Assembly: GCF_036971445.1 (NCBI RefSeq)
Contig: NC_091474.1
Coordinates: 73,222,001-73,286,000 of the forward strand
Direction: 5' to 3'
DNA length: 64,000 nt
Source: Narcine bancroftii
Lineage: Eukaryota
The position numbers and the translations under genes were made by a program. Under the pieces are notes generated by a model. It worked only from the letters and a program-made list of their open reading frames with translations. It had not been told where the DNA came from and searched no databases. Below, piece after piece: positions 13,157 to 26,400 of the stretch. Position 1 is the first letter of the stretch, and each line of letters begins with the position of its first letter.

Positions 13157-16100
13157 GGTTCTTTTTATTTTTCTTTCTTTTTTTGGCTTGGCTTCGCGGA
13201 CTAAGATTTATGGAGGGGTAAATGTCCACGTCAGCTGCAGGCTCGTTTGTGGCTGACAAGTCCGATGCGGGACAGGTAGACACGGTTGCAAGGGAAAATT
13301 GGTTGGTTGGGGTTGGGTGTTGGGTTTTTTTCTCCTTTGTCTTTTGTCAGTGAGGTGGGCTCTGTGGTCTTCTTCAAAGGAGGTTGCTGCCCGCCGAACT
13401 GTGAGGCGCCAAGATGCACAGTTTGAGGCGATATCAGCCCACTGGCGGTGGTCAATGTGGCAGGCACCAAGAGATTTCTTTAGGCAGTCCTTGTACCTCT
13501 TCTTTGGTGCACCTCTGTCATGGTGGCCAGTGGAGAGCTCACCATATAACACGATCTTGGGAAGGCGATGGTCCTCCATTCTGGAGACGTGACCTACCCA
13601 GCGCAGATGGATCTTCAGCAGCGTGGATTCGATGCTGTCGGCCTCTGCCATCTCAAGTACTTCGATGTTGGAGATGAATACGTTCCAATGAATGTTGAGG
13701 ATGGAGCGGAGACAACGCTGGTGGAAGCATTCTAGGAGCCATAGGTGATGCCGGTAGAGGACCCATGATTCGGAGCCGAACAGGAGTGTGGGTATGACAA
13801 TGGCTCTGTACACGCTAATCTTTGTGAGATTTTTCAGTTGGTTGTTTTTCCAGACTCTTTTGTGTAGTCTTCCAAAGGCACTATTTGCCTTGGCGAGTCT
13901 GTTGTCTATCCCGTTGTCGATCCTTGCATCCGATGAAATGGTGCAACCGAGATAGGTAAACTGGTTAACCGTTTTGAGTTTTGTGTGCCCGATGGAGATG
14001 TGTGGGGGCTGGTAGTCATAGTGGGGAGCTGGTTGATGGAGGACCTCAGTTTTCTTCAGGCTGACTTCCAGGCCAAGCATTTTGACAGTTTCCGCAAAAC
14101 AGGACGTCAAGCGCTGAAGAGCTGGCTCTGAATGGGCAACTAAAGCGGCATCGTCTGAAAAGAGTAGTTCACGGACAAGTTGCTCTTGTGTCTTGGTGTG
14201 AGCTTGCAGGTGCCTCAGATTGAAGAGACTGCCATCAGTGCAGTACCGGATGTATACAGCATCTTCATTGTTGAGGTCTTTCATGGGTTGTTTCAGCATC
14301 ATGCTGAAGAAGATTGAAAAGAGGATTGGTGCGAGAACGCAGCCTTGCTTCACGCCATTGTTAATGGAGAAGGGTTCAGAGAGTTCATTGCTGTTTCTGA
14401 CCCGACCTTGTTGGATTTCGTGCAGTTGGATAACCATGTTGAGGAACTTTGGGGGACATCTGAGGCGCTCTAGTATTTGCCAAAGCCCTTTCCTGCTCAC
14501 GGTGTCGAAGGCTTTGGTGAGGTTAACAAAGGTGATGTAGGGTCCTTTGTTTTGTTCTCTGCACTTTTCTTGGAGCTGTCTGAGGGCAAAGACCATGTCA
14601 GTAGTTCCTCTGTTTGCGCGAAAGCCGCACTGTGATTCTGGGAGAACATTTTCGGCAACACTAGGTATTATTTTATTTAGGAGAATCCTAGCGAAGATTT
14701 TGCCTGCAATGGAGAGCAGCGTGATTCCCCTGTAGTTTGAGCAGTCTGATTTCTCGCCTTTGCTTTTGTACAGGGTGATGATGATGGCATCACGAAGGTC
14801 CTGAGGCAGTTTTCCTTGGTCCCAACAAAGCTTTAAAAACTCATGCAGTTTCACATGCAGGGTTTTGCCGCCAACCTTCCAGACCTCTGGGGGGATTCCA
14901 TCCATACCTGCTGCTTTGCCACTTTTCAGTTGTTCAATTGCCTTATATGTCTCTTCCCGGGCGAGGACCTCATCCAGCTCTAGCCTTAGGGGCTGTTGAG
15001 GGAGCTGGAGCAGGGCGGAATCTTGGACTGAGCGGTTGGCACTAAAAAGAGATTGGAAGTGTTCTGATCATCGGTTGAGGATGGAGATCTTGTCGCTGAG
15101 GAGGACTTTGCCATCTGAGCTGCGCAGCGGGCTTTGGACTTGGGGTGAGGGGCCGTATACAGCCTTTCGACCCTCATAAAAACCCCTGAAGTCGCCAATG
15201 TCCGCGCTGAGCTGGGTTCGTTTGGCGAGGCTAGTCTACCACTCATTTTGGATCTCCCGGAGTGTAAATTGTACATTTACATTTATGGAGTGTACATGGG
15301 TGTAAAGGGTGGGGCCAGTACTGCGCACAGTGCACTCCACCTAAAAGCTCCTTTGCGCAGGCCTGAGGACAGGTCCACGTCCTCCCCCTCCACGCCCTCC
15401 CCCTCAAAAGATACTCACAAACTCAAGCTAGCATGCTGGAACATCCGAACCATGCTAGACAAGGCTGACAGCCACCGACCTGAACGTTGGTCTGCCCTCA
15501 TCGCACATGAACTCCTCAGACTTGACATCGACATAGCCGTTCTCAGAGAAGTCCGCCTTGCAGATGTAGGCAGCCTCCAAGAACACGGCGCAGGCTACAC
15601 ACTCTACTGGTCTGGCAAGCCTATGGATGAACGACGCCTATCTGGTGTAGGCTTCATGGTCAGGAACTCCATTGCCTCCAAACTCGAAAACCTCCCGACA
15701 GGCCACTCGGACCCGATCATGTCCATGTGACTCCCCCTTCAAAACAAGCGTTGCATCATCCTCATCAGTGTCTATGCTCCAACCCTCCAGGCGGAACCAG
15801 CAGAAAAGGACAAGTTCTACACTGATCTGCGCAACCTCATTCAACGCACCCCTACAGCCGACAAGGTTGTCATCCTTGGTGACTTCAACGCTCGCGTCAG
15901 CAAAGACTCAGAAACCTGGCCAGGAATCCTGGGCAAGCATGGTGTCAGCAAGTGCAACGACAACGGGCGCCTCCTGTTGGAGCTCTGCGCAGAACTGTGG
16001 CTTGTCATTACAAACACCCTTTTTCAGCAGAGGGACAGCCTGAAGACTACCTGGATGCATTCCCGATCCAAACACTGGCACCTCCTGGACTACGTCCTGG

Positions 16101-16572
16101 TGCGAGAAAGAGACAAACGAGATGTGCTCCACACCAGGGTCATGCCCAGCACAGAATGCCACACTGACCACCGGCTGGTTCGCTGCAAGCTCAACCTTCA
16201 CTTCAAACCAAAGTCCAGGAACAGTTAAGCCCCCAGAAAGAGGTTCAATGTTGAAAACTTGCAGTCAGATGAAGTGAGAGGAAACTTCCAGGCAAACCTC
16301 AAAGCAAAGCTCGAGGATGCAATCCGCCTCACGGACTCGTCCCCTGAAACCCTCTGGGATCAGCTGAAGACTACCATACTGCAATACACTGAGGAGGTAC
16401 TGGGCTTCTCCTCCAGAAAAAACAAGGACTGGTTCGACGAAAACAACCAGGAAATCCTGGAGCTGCTGGCAAAGAAGCGAGCTGCCCACCAGTCTCACCT
16501 TGCAAAGCCGTCCTGGCCAGAGAAGAAACGAGCCTTCCGTCGCGCATGCAGCCATCTTCAGGTTCTTTTTAT
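13157..16572 (-). mobile_element. RTE-clade (BovB-like) LINE with inverted 5' part and 12-bp TSD
   Basis: RT ORF 13208-14905 (-) with ESQCGFR, GVKQGCVLAP and FSDD. APE endonuclease portion 15300-16561 lies on +. Tail at ~13169-13200. TSD GGTTCTTTTTAT at 13157-13168 and 16561-16572. Confidence 0.95.
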
Positions 16573-19480
16573 AACCATTACAGCACAGAAACAGGCCAAT
16601 TTGGCCCTTCTAGTCCGCACTGATCCAAGTACCCTCCTCTAATCCCATTTATCAGCACTCTGTCCATATCCCTCCATCCCCCTCCCATCCATATACTTAT
16701 CCAACTCTTTCTTAAATGACAAAATTGACCCTGCCTCTACCACCTTTCCCAGAAGCCCATTCCACACAGTAACCACTCTCTGAGTAAAGAAGTTTCCCCT
16801 CATGTTATTCCTAAACCTTTGCCCGTCAACTCTCAACCCATGACCTCTTGTATCCATCTCTCCTACTCTCAATAGGAAAAGCCTTTCCACATCAACTCTA
16901 TCTATCCCTCTCATTATCTTAAACACCTCTATCAAATCCCCTTTCAGCCTTCTATGTTCCAAGGAATAAAGACCTAATTTGCTCAATCTCTCCTTGTGTT
17001 CCAGATGCTGAAACCCAGGCAACATTTTTGTAAATCTTCTCTGCACTCTCTCTATCTTGTTAATATCCTTCCTATAAATCGGTGACCAGAAATGCACACA
17101 GTACTCTAAATTTGGCCTCACCAATGCCTTGTACAGTTTCATCATTACTTCCCAACTCTTATATTCTATGCACTGATTTATATAGGCAAGCATACTAAAG
17201 GCCTTCTTCACCACCCTATCCACATGCTCTCCTACCTTCAGGGAACAATGCACCGTTATTCCTAGATCTTTCTGCTCCACTGCATTCTTCAATGCCCTCC
17301 CATTTACCACATGTCTTGCTTTGATTATTCTTTCCAAAATGAAGCACCTCCCACTTATCAGCATTAAACTCCATCTGCCATCTTTCTGCTCACTCCTCTC
17401 AGCAGTTTAAATCCCTCTGCAATCTTTGAAAACCCTCTTCATCATCCACAATTCCCCCTATTTTAGTATCATCTGCATATTTATTAATCCAATTTACCGC
17501 CCCATCCTCCAGATCATTAATATATATGACAAACAGCAATATCGAACCCTGAGGTATACTGCTTGTCACCGGCCTCCATCCTGACAAACAATTATCTACT
17601 ACTACTCTCTGGCACCTTCCTTCCAGCCACTGTTAAATCCATTTGACTATCCAAGGACTTAGCCTTCCTAACTAACCACCCATGCGGAACCTTATCGAAG
17701 GCCTTACTGGTCCATATAGACAACATCCACTGCTCTACCCTCATCAACATTCCTAGTCACTTCTTCAAAAAATTCAACAAGATTGGTCAAACACGACCTT
17801 CCACGCACAAATCCATGTTGAGTGTCCCTGATCAGACCCTGTCCCTCCATATACTAATATATACTATCTCTAAGAACACTTTCCATCAATTTACCTACCA
17901 CAGACGTCAAACTTACAGGCCGATAATTGCTAGGCTTGTTCCTTGAACCCTTTTTAAACAAAGGAACCACATGCACAACATGCCAATCCTTCGGCACTAT
18001 TCCCGTCTCTAATGACATTTGAAAAATCACTGCCAGAGCCTCCACTATTTCCTCACTAACTTCTCTCAAGGTCCTGGGGAAAATCCTGTCAGGACCTGGA
18101 GACTTATCCACCTTTATATGTTTCAAAAGCTCCAGTACTACCTCTTTCTTAATCACTATAGTCTCCATATATACCCACTTTGCTTCCTTTACCCTGCACA
18201 GTTCAATAACCTTTTCCTCAGTAAATACTGAGGAAAAGAAATTGTTCAAGATCTCCCCCATCTCTTTTGGCTCCACACACATTTGTCCTTTCTGATTCTC
18301 TATTGGACCAATTTTATTTCTCACTTTCCTTTTGCTATTTACATATTTGTATAAACCCTTTGGATTTATTTTCATCCTGCTTGCTATAGCCTCATCATAC
18401 CTTCTTTTAGCTTTTCTAATTTCTTTCTTAAGATTCTTTTTACATTCAATATAGTACCCAAACATCTCCTTTTTTCCATGTTTCTTATATTTATTGTAGT
18501 ACTCCCTCTTTTTTCGAATCAAGTTTCGAATATCCCTTAAGTACCTTGGCTCTCTCAAACTTTTGACCTTACCTTTCAACCTAACAGGTATATAAAGATT
18601 TTATACTCTTAAAATCTCTCCTTTAAAAGACTCCATTTCTCTATTACATCCTTCCCAGAAAACAAATTGTCCCAATCCACCCCTTGTAAATCCTTTTGCA
18701 TCTCCTCACTCAAAAACCTCAACTCTGGGCCCAGACCTATCCTTTTCCATAATTACCTTGAAGCTAATGGCACCGTGATCACTGGACCCGAAGTGCTCAC
18801 CCACATATACCTCTGTCACCTGACCCATCTCATTCCCCAAGTCACCTGACCCATCTCATTCCCCAACAGTAAATCCAACACAGCTCCCTCTCCAGTTGGT
18901 ACCTCCACGTATTGATGTAAAAAGCTATCCTGCACACATTTTACAAACTCCAACCCATCCAGCCCTTTCACAAAATGGGTTTCCCAATCAATATTTTGAA
19001 AATTAAAATCCCCCACAATCACTACCCTGTGCTTATTACAAATATCTGTTATCTCCCTACTAATTTGTTCCTCTAATTCGCAATCCCTATTTGGTGGTGT
19101 ATAATGCACCTCGATAATTGTAACTTCCGCTTTCCCATTCCTCAATTCCACCCAAATAGCCTCCCTGAACGAGCGTTCTATTCTATCACACCTAAGCACC
19201 GCTGTAATATTTTCTCTAACAAGTAGTGCAACCCCACCCCCTCTTGCCCCCCCCCCATCCCCGGTTCTATCACACCTAAAGCAACTAAATCCAGGAATAT
19301 TTAGCTGCTAGTCACATCCCTCCTGTAACCATGTTTCACTAATCGCTACCACGTCATACTTCCAAGTGTCAATCCATACCTTCAGCTCATCCACTTTCCT
19401 TACAATCCTCCTAGCATTAAAATATAGGCATTTTAGAGATTTCCCACTTTTTACTTCCTGTATGCCCCGATCTTTACCAA
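16570..19480 (-). mobile_element. CR1-clade LINE ORF2 (APE+RT) with 3' UTR, frameshifted
   Basis: ORF pieces with VGDFN, KSPGPD, NYRPVSLTSVVGK, YADDTK and LYKALVRPNLEYC; internal 26-bp tandem duplication 18815-18866. Confidence 0.93.
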
Positions 19481-20879
19481 TAGCTCTATGATCTTTTGCA
19501 ATTGATACAGCATGGCCACACACCTGGCTGCCCAAATACACCCACGTGACCAATTAACCATTGTAAAGTGGGAGGGACCAGAGCACCCGGAGGAAACCCA
19601 CAGTGAGAATGTAAAAGCCTTATAGACAGCGGCAGATTTGAACCTGGGTCGCTGGTGATGTTATAGCATTGCACTAATCACTGCATTAACTAACCATTTT
19701 CCCTGGAGTGCAGGAGGTTGAAGGCTGACCTTGTAGAGCTGTACAAAATAATGAGAGGCATTGATGATTGCATCTTTTCCCCAGGGTAGCTGAGTCTGAA
19801 ACTAGAGGATGCAAATACAAGGTGAAAAGAGAAGGGGAAGATTTAAGTAGAAATACGACACTGGAGAAACTCAGCAGGTCAACCAGTGTCCTTTATATAG
19901 CAAAGATAAAGATACATCACCAATGTTTCAGACTTGAACCCTTCATCACGGTAAGGAGGCTGTGAGGGGAATCTTTTCCACACAGTGTTGAGTATATGAC
20001 CAGCAACTAGAGGAAGGGCTAGAGATGAGACAATTGCACAGTTTCAAACATAGACCCAGTTGGGGAAGGGAGGGATGGGTGGTGGGGGAACTTCCCTCAC
20101 AAATTCGAACAAAACAAAGGGGAAAATTTGGGTAAAGCTGGAGAGACCTGAATCTCACCTTCCCTCTTTCCCTCCTCTTCACAGCCGCAGGTGATGATCC
20201 ACTCTCCGAGTGTCCAGACCCCGGCCCAACTGGAAGAGAATCTGAACTACTACGTTTTTATGATCTGGATACCTGCTGTCTGAGAACTCGCTCCAGGCAG
20301 CGGCACAGACAACCACACGATTTGTGGTGAGGATCAGCCAGAGTAGTCCAAGCACGTGTCTGCTGGGCTTACCCTGGCTGTCCCTCGCCTGCAGTGGGTA
20401 GCTGGGCAAAGAGGGAGAGGAGGGGCAAAGATCAGCAGAGGGGGCTGTCTGTGACATCTTATAGCTAGTTCAGGGTTGTCGAGCAAGGAGCAGCGGGCGG
20501 AAATCCTCCATCTCCACTCCACCACGGGAACAGATAAAGATCAGCGCCACTTACCCTGACAAAGGTGGGTGATGAAATGGAATGGAATTTAACTGGAAAT
20601 GCAGTTACACGAACGATTAAACCAGAGAAAGGCACTGGTTTTGGATTTGCAACGTTCCAAAGCCATGGCTTTGAGTGTTGTTGGTTTCGAGGTTGATCCA
20701 CCACTCCCAGGCAACATAAATGGGAGCAAAGGACGTTCCAGTTGAGGCTTAATAGACTTATCAGAGAATGGAGCTTGAACCCATCACTCAGAAATGTGTT
20801 TGAATAAGAATTTTTTTTTAATTGGACAGAGAAAGCAAAGATAAACAAATTAACATTGATAGCAAATTAATTGCTGGCT

Positions 20880-22970
20880 AATAGTCAACCAAAATTCTTG
20901 ATAACATGGATCTCTCTCCCGGCCTCCCCAGTGCGTGTTCTGTTCTTGTTGGACACCAAATCCAAATTGTGTACACCAAATCTCACCATGGGAAAAACAT
21001 GCAAACAGTTTTATTATCAACGCATATATGTGGCAAGCAAATAGACTGATTACAAAGAAAAACACATTAGGACTGTTCGTGCCGGTCAGACTGCGAGTTT
21101 TACACCAGTGCCTGAAAAATTGCAACAGACACCAAGTGCTTTTTTTGAAAAACATTCAGCACCAAAGCTTTCAGGTAAAGAAGGAGGAGTGAAAATGATA
21201 AAGGTGATATATCCATCACCCACACAATTTCCCAAACCAGTGACTATCAGGATTTCGAAAAAATACCTCGAGTCTCTACAGAGCCTGACTCCTCCAAATC
21301 TGAAAACATTTCAAGTGACGATGAAGTGAATGTGACCCGTGAATCTGCTTTGACTCCGCAGGGACCAAATCAGCCAAAGAATATAAACCAAAGAAATTAG
21401 GCAAGGAGTCTAGTTTGAGAGATTTCAAGAGTGAATGGTTTAAACTTGATCCTTGGCTTACCTACGACATTGACAAATGTCAAGCTTCATGTTACCCTTA
21501 TAAAGTGATCATGCCTAGTAACACTTCCACTTTTGAAAACTGGAAAAAGACAAAGCATGAGGAAAGTGTGATATACAGATTCTATCACCAATGTGTATAT
21601 GTACAGATGGTATTGTAGGATGACTGTGATTAGCTGAGAGTGTAGCCACACCTACTGGCAGGTCTTAAAGGATTGCTCCTAGCCAGACCAGGTCATTCTA
21701 TTTGTGTTATGCTCCAGTCTTTTAGTTAATAAAAGCCTTGGTTTGGATCAGCAAGTCTTTGGTTCTTTCGACGCGCATTACAGAAAGTGCCATTCATCAG
21801 CAGGCCACGATGAAGTGGAGAGACTACTGAGCGAACACAAAGCACAAAATATCAGTGTTAGGTCAACTAAAGACCTTACACAATTAGCGCAGAACCCATA
21901 GTACTTGAAAATTGTCATTGAAACTCTTGTTCACTGGTCAACAAAACATAACGAGGTCATGAAGAGGCCCACAATATCTTCGTTTCCGATATTAAGTTAG
22001 GTGTCATCCAAGGTATGCGATTCCACAGACAAAAAAGGGTGTCTCGTCAATTGCAAGCCCTGATTGGTGAATCAACAACGGAAGTGCCACTGGATCAAAC
22101 TGCCAAAGACTGCTTCGCATATAACCATAACCATATAACCACTTACAGCACAGAACAGGCCAGTCGGCCCTACTAGTCCATGCTGTAACAAATCCCCACC
22201 CTCCTAGTCCCACTGACCAGCACCCGGTCCATACCCCTCCAGTCCTCTCCTATCCATGTAACTATCCAGTCTTTCCTTAAATGTAACCAATGATCCCGCC
22301 TCCACCAGAACCTATTATTTCAATCTGGATAAGGTTATTGTGGAAATGGAATCACGATTTAATGGTAATGACCAAGACATACTTTGTGCACCCGACTATA
22401 TTATCCTCAATCCTGATGTGTCAGATGAGCCCTATTAACTTGTTGTATCACATTTCGGTGCTGATCTTGATCTCCTCGAGGCAGAAAGGGCAATCTACAC
22501 AAAGTTTGCCATGGACCATTCACATTCATTAGGATCGCAAGCAACTGTAACTGGCATTCTTGAAACTGTTCACAAGAACGATCTACAAGGCACACTGCCA
22601 GTCTTCAACAAAATTGCTCTCATCATGGCAACCATTCCTGTCAAACGTGACTAAACAGTGTGGCATTGCTAAATATTGAGCAAGCGTATGCCAACGTGTC
22701 CAATGGCAAAAATGTTGACCAAATAATTGATATTTTTGCTGCTAAGAGAGGCAGAAAACAATATTTCATTTAAGTTGCACGTTCTGATTTCTGCTCTCTG
22801 TGTGTGGTCAATTGATGAAGAGATTTTAATTAGAAATTGGTACTTGTGTTTTTATCTGTGTAAAATTTCAGAAACCCCAAAGAGTCCCCATACGCCATGG
22901 CTTCAAAGACCTTGAGACAGAGGGATTTGGGCCCGAATGGGACCCTCTTAGGCTGGACGCCCTCGGCAGC
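20880..22970 (+). mobile_element. Degenerate hAT transposase (TTF zinc-finger/ZMYM1-like) remnant
   Basis: RDFKSEWFKLDPWLTYD...ASCYP; KHEESAIHQQA is restored after removing the LTR insert; boundaries approximate. Confidence 0.7.
21567..21782 (+). mobile_element. Solo LTR (TG...CA) with 5-bp TSD GAAAG
   Basis: Starts TGTGAT, ends ATTACA, internal AATAAA, GAAAG at 21562-21566 and 21783-21787. Confidence 0.85.
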
Positions 22971-23323
22971 CATACCTCCTATGGCTGAGCGACCATAGGA
23001 GGTAAGTGTATACCTCCATGACCATAGGATTGAGCCCTTCCTCAAGTTATCTGTCCTTTCTACAACAATTACAGCGTCTGCACACCTTCGTGTTTCACTC
23101 CCTTGGGCGAGTCTGCTCCAGTTGGGCCGAAGGGCCTATTTCCCTGCTGTACTAACGCAATGACAGGAAAGTTTGTGGTTTGATTTGTTCCCGGCCGCCA
23201 GCTGTTCTCCTCAGGACCAGACTTCGGCAAACATCTTGCTGCTGATTCGCTTTGACGTCGGGCACTGCGTCGGCGCCTGCGGATCCGGACTGGGCGCTGT
23301 TTCCCGGCCGCCCTCGCAGCTCC

Positions 23324-23441
23324 ATGTTGCCGGCTGCCCCTCGCTCGCGCCCTGGCGCCCTGGCCGAAGCCGTGCGCAGGGGGGACCTCCGGCAGTGTGC
23401 CCGCTGGCTGCAGCACGACCGCTCGCTGCTCCACGCCCGAG
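23324..23441 (+). CDS. ANK-DHHC gene exon 1
   Basis: MLPAAPRSRPGALAEAVRRGDLRQCARWLQHDRSLLHAR(G), donor G|gtagga, inside a CpG island. Confidence 0.8.
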
Positions 23442-26400
23442 GTAGGAGGAACAGCCCGGAAGGAGCGGCGCGGGGACCCGCTCCCGTCGCTGGGGCCGGT
23501 GGTGGTGGAAGGAGGAGGAGAGACCCCGGGGGTGGGGGGAGAAATGAGGAGAGACCCCGGGGGTGGGGGGGGGGGAATGAGGAGACCCCGGGGGTGGGGG
23601 GGGGGGAAATGAGGAGACCCCGGGGGTGGGGGGGGGGGGAAATGAGGAGATCTGGGGAAAGGAGTGACCCAGTCCCCTACACCCAGCGCTGGGACCCAGG
23701 GGAGCCCTTCTGACCCCCTGACGCAGCCCCTCCATCCCCCGTGCCTGCGGTGGGTTGATGGGGAAAGGCTGGGTGTGGACGGTGCAGAACAAGGCTAATC
23801 ATGGAGCATTGGGGCCCCTTGGCGCCTGAATGGTCATATAAAGTGTGTTTAAAATAGATATATATATTATAAAATTTAAACCGCATTGCAAAAACAACAA
23901 ATGCAAACAGATGATCATCTTAGTTATTTGATTAAATAAAAAATACTTATTTTAAAAATATTTTATTTAATAGAGAAAAAACCCTTTATACACAGTCTTC
24001 TCATTAATAACATAATTCAAATCATATCATGTACATATCACACAGAAATTTAAATCAAAAGTGTAATCATAATTATTAACTTCACCCATCCCATTCAAAA
24101 CATCGAATTCTACAATTATATTGAGTTAACAGCTCCTCATAACGTAGCCAGAATTAATGTTGAATAGAAAATATATAAGGTACAATTAGGAATCCCTTAT
24201 ATATATTTTAAAAAAGGGTATTTTCATCATATCAGATAAAGATGGGTTTAACTGTTAATGATCATATCACAGTTTAAGACAAAAATAAAGATTCGAACAT
24301 GAAACATTTTTTGCCTCTATAAATCTAGCAAAAACCTAGCTATTTTAACATAAATCAGTGATTTTCTGCTCGAGCCCTTTTTCCTATTCAATGATTTATC
24401 ATTCTGCATATTACAGACCACATACAGTATAAATAAAAAAATTAATATGGAGCCTCACTCACTCAACTTCAAAGCCCACCACTACTCCTGTACCACTACT
24501 GAAACACTGCCAATTACGCCAAAACTATGCACTTGACCTAAATGTTCCCCGTCTGCGGGCCCACTGCACGTGCCAGCCAGCACTCACACAAGCGCGCAAA
24601 AAGAAACATGGCCACGCACGTCCTACGGACCCCAGGGTACCACATTTATCAAGGTAACTACCCCTACACTCCAAAATGGAGGACAAATTAACATCTGGCT
24701 TGAGGTGGCACCGGACAGAGTGCTCAAAAGCTGGACGGTTTGGCCACCCTAATCTGCACCCAGTTCCTTACTTGGAAGATCTGCCCAAAATGTCTATCAT
24801 AGTCAACAATTTAATTGCAGACTGAGATACAAAATTGAATACCTTTGGACAGGATTACTAATACCTTAAGGAATCAATTTGTGAATTTTTATATGATTTG
24901 GCAACCACATATGGATTTCATTGGTAAATATCCATCTTTATCGTTCACAATTCCTGCTCCTCCCAATTAATAAGATAAAATAATCTTATTAGAATAATAT
25001 GAATAGTGATCAATATATGTATCCAGGTGTTGGTCTTCTTCTTTCTTTCCTTTTCCATTTAGGGGGAGGGTTAAGGGAGGGAGGGGGAGAAAAAGAAAAT
25101 TGTGTATCAATTTTATTGTGTTGTATTTTTGGGTGAATTATTAATTTTTGTATTTGATGCATATGAAAAATAACATTTTTAAAAAGAACAATTTAAAAAG
25201 GCAATAAGCACATAAAATAGATAAATGTTTGGTTACCCTCGTGAAAAAATAATGCAGACAGTGCATGTGTGGTGTGGGAGGAGTCTCTCATGTTCCAAGG
25301 AGAGGTTCAAGGGCCTGATAAATGTTGGAAAAAAACTGTTCCTGAATGTAGAGATGCTGGTTTTCAGGGTTCTGTACCTTCTGCCGAAGAGAGCAGGGAA
25401 AAGTGGTTGTGACCAGGTTGATGAGGGTCTTAGATGATGTTGTGAATCACGGAAGTCTGTAGATGATATGATTGCAGTAAAAACACACACAAAGACTGGA
25501 GGAGCTCAGCAGGTCTCGCAGCATCCAAAGGAGGTAAAGATGTGCAGTTTTACTGACGCCTCAAATTTGAGCCATTCTTCAAGGTATGGGAGGAGCAGGC
25601 AGTCTTTACGATGTTGACTGCCTTCCTGAGGCAGCGACTCACACAGACATCTGCAATGGATGGGAGTTAGGAGCCTGGGATGGACCTGGTTAGGTTTGCA
25701 ACCTTCTGCAGTCTCCTGTGTACTTTTTGTTGCATGGGCCTGCAGGTAACTGGTGGAACAGTGGAGAGGTGAAGTGTGATGGACAGGTGGAGATGGCAGA
25801 GGCAGGTGAGAGTCTGGGAAAGGCCAGGGGCAGCTGGAGTCAGGTGGGTGAAGGGGAAGGGTGATGAGCAGGTTTAAAGAGAGTACCAGTGCTGGTCTTG
25901 ATAGGGAAAGAAGGTGATCATGGGCACAGCTAAGAGAGAGATGATGGAACCAGGTTGCAGTCATTCTCAATCTATTTTTGGTTATTCCACCTCCCCCCCC
26001 CCCCCCCCACAGACTCTGCTCAAAGTTTTTGGGTCCCCTTCTCTGCGAAGCAGTCAAGTTTAGTTGATTTCTTGGTTTCTTCTGTACTTCTCTCCCACCA
26101 ACTACATAAAAAAATATTTATGTTACGTGAGGTGAAAAGAAAACACAATTTTTAGTTAAATGTGCTGTTTTCCCCCTCCACCCATTGAGAATGGCCACTG
26201 GATGGAGGTGCTCCTTCAGAAAGCCAGCTTGTTTGTTGTCACTGACGGTCCCTCTAACATCAGTGTGGGAGCCCCTTCACCTCACAAACTGCAGTCGCAC
26301 AAGGTGGCAGCTGACCAGCGCCTTCTTGGAGGTGAGTGCAGCAAGTGCTGGCCTCTCCAAGACCACTGCTGTACTGAAAAGGAAAGGTCACCGTCCTTCT

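Larger units (their letters stand above)
23200..23760. promoter_or_regulatory. CpG island / promoter of the ANK-DHHC gene
   Basis: CpG- and GC-rich block around exon 1; CRE-like TGACGTC near 23253. Confidence 0.7.

Noticed and set aside
13208-14905. 565-aa RT ORF as an active or domesticated gene
   Set aside because: Part of an inverted element with stops and frameshifts upstream and a frameshifted C-terminus.
23069-23792. Several 70-193 aa ORFs
   Set aside because: Artefacts of the CpG island and G-rich minisatellite; only 23324-23441 fits the spliced gene.
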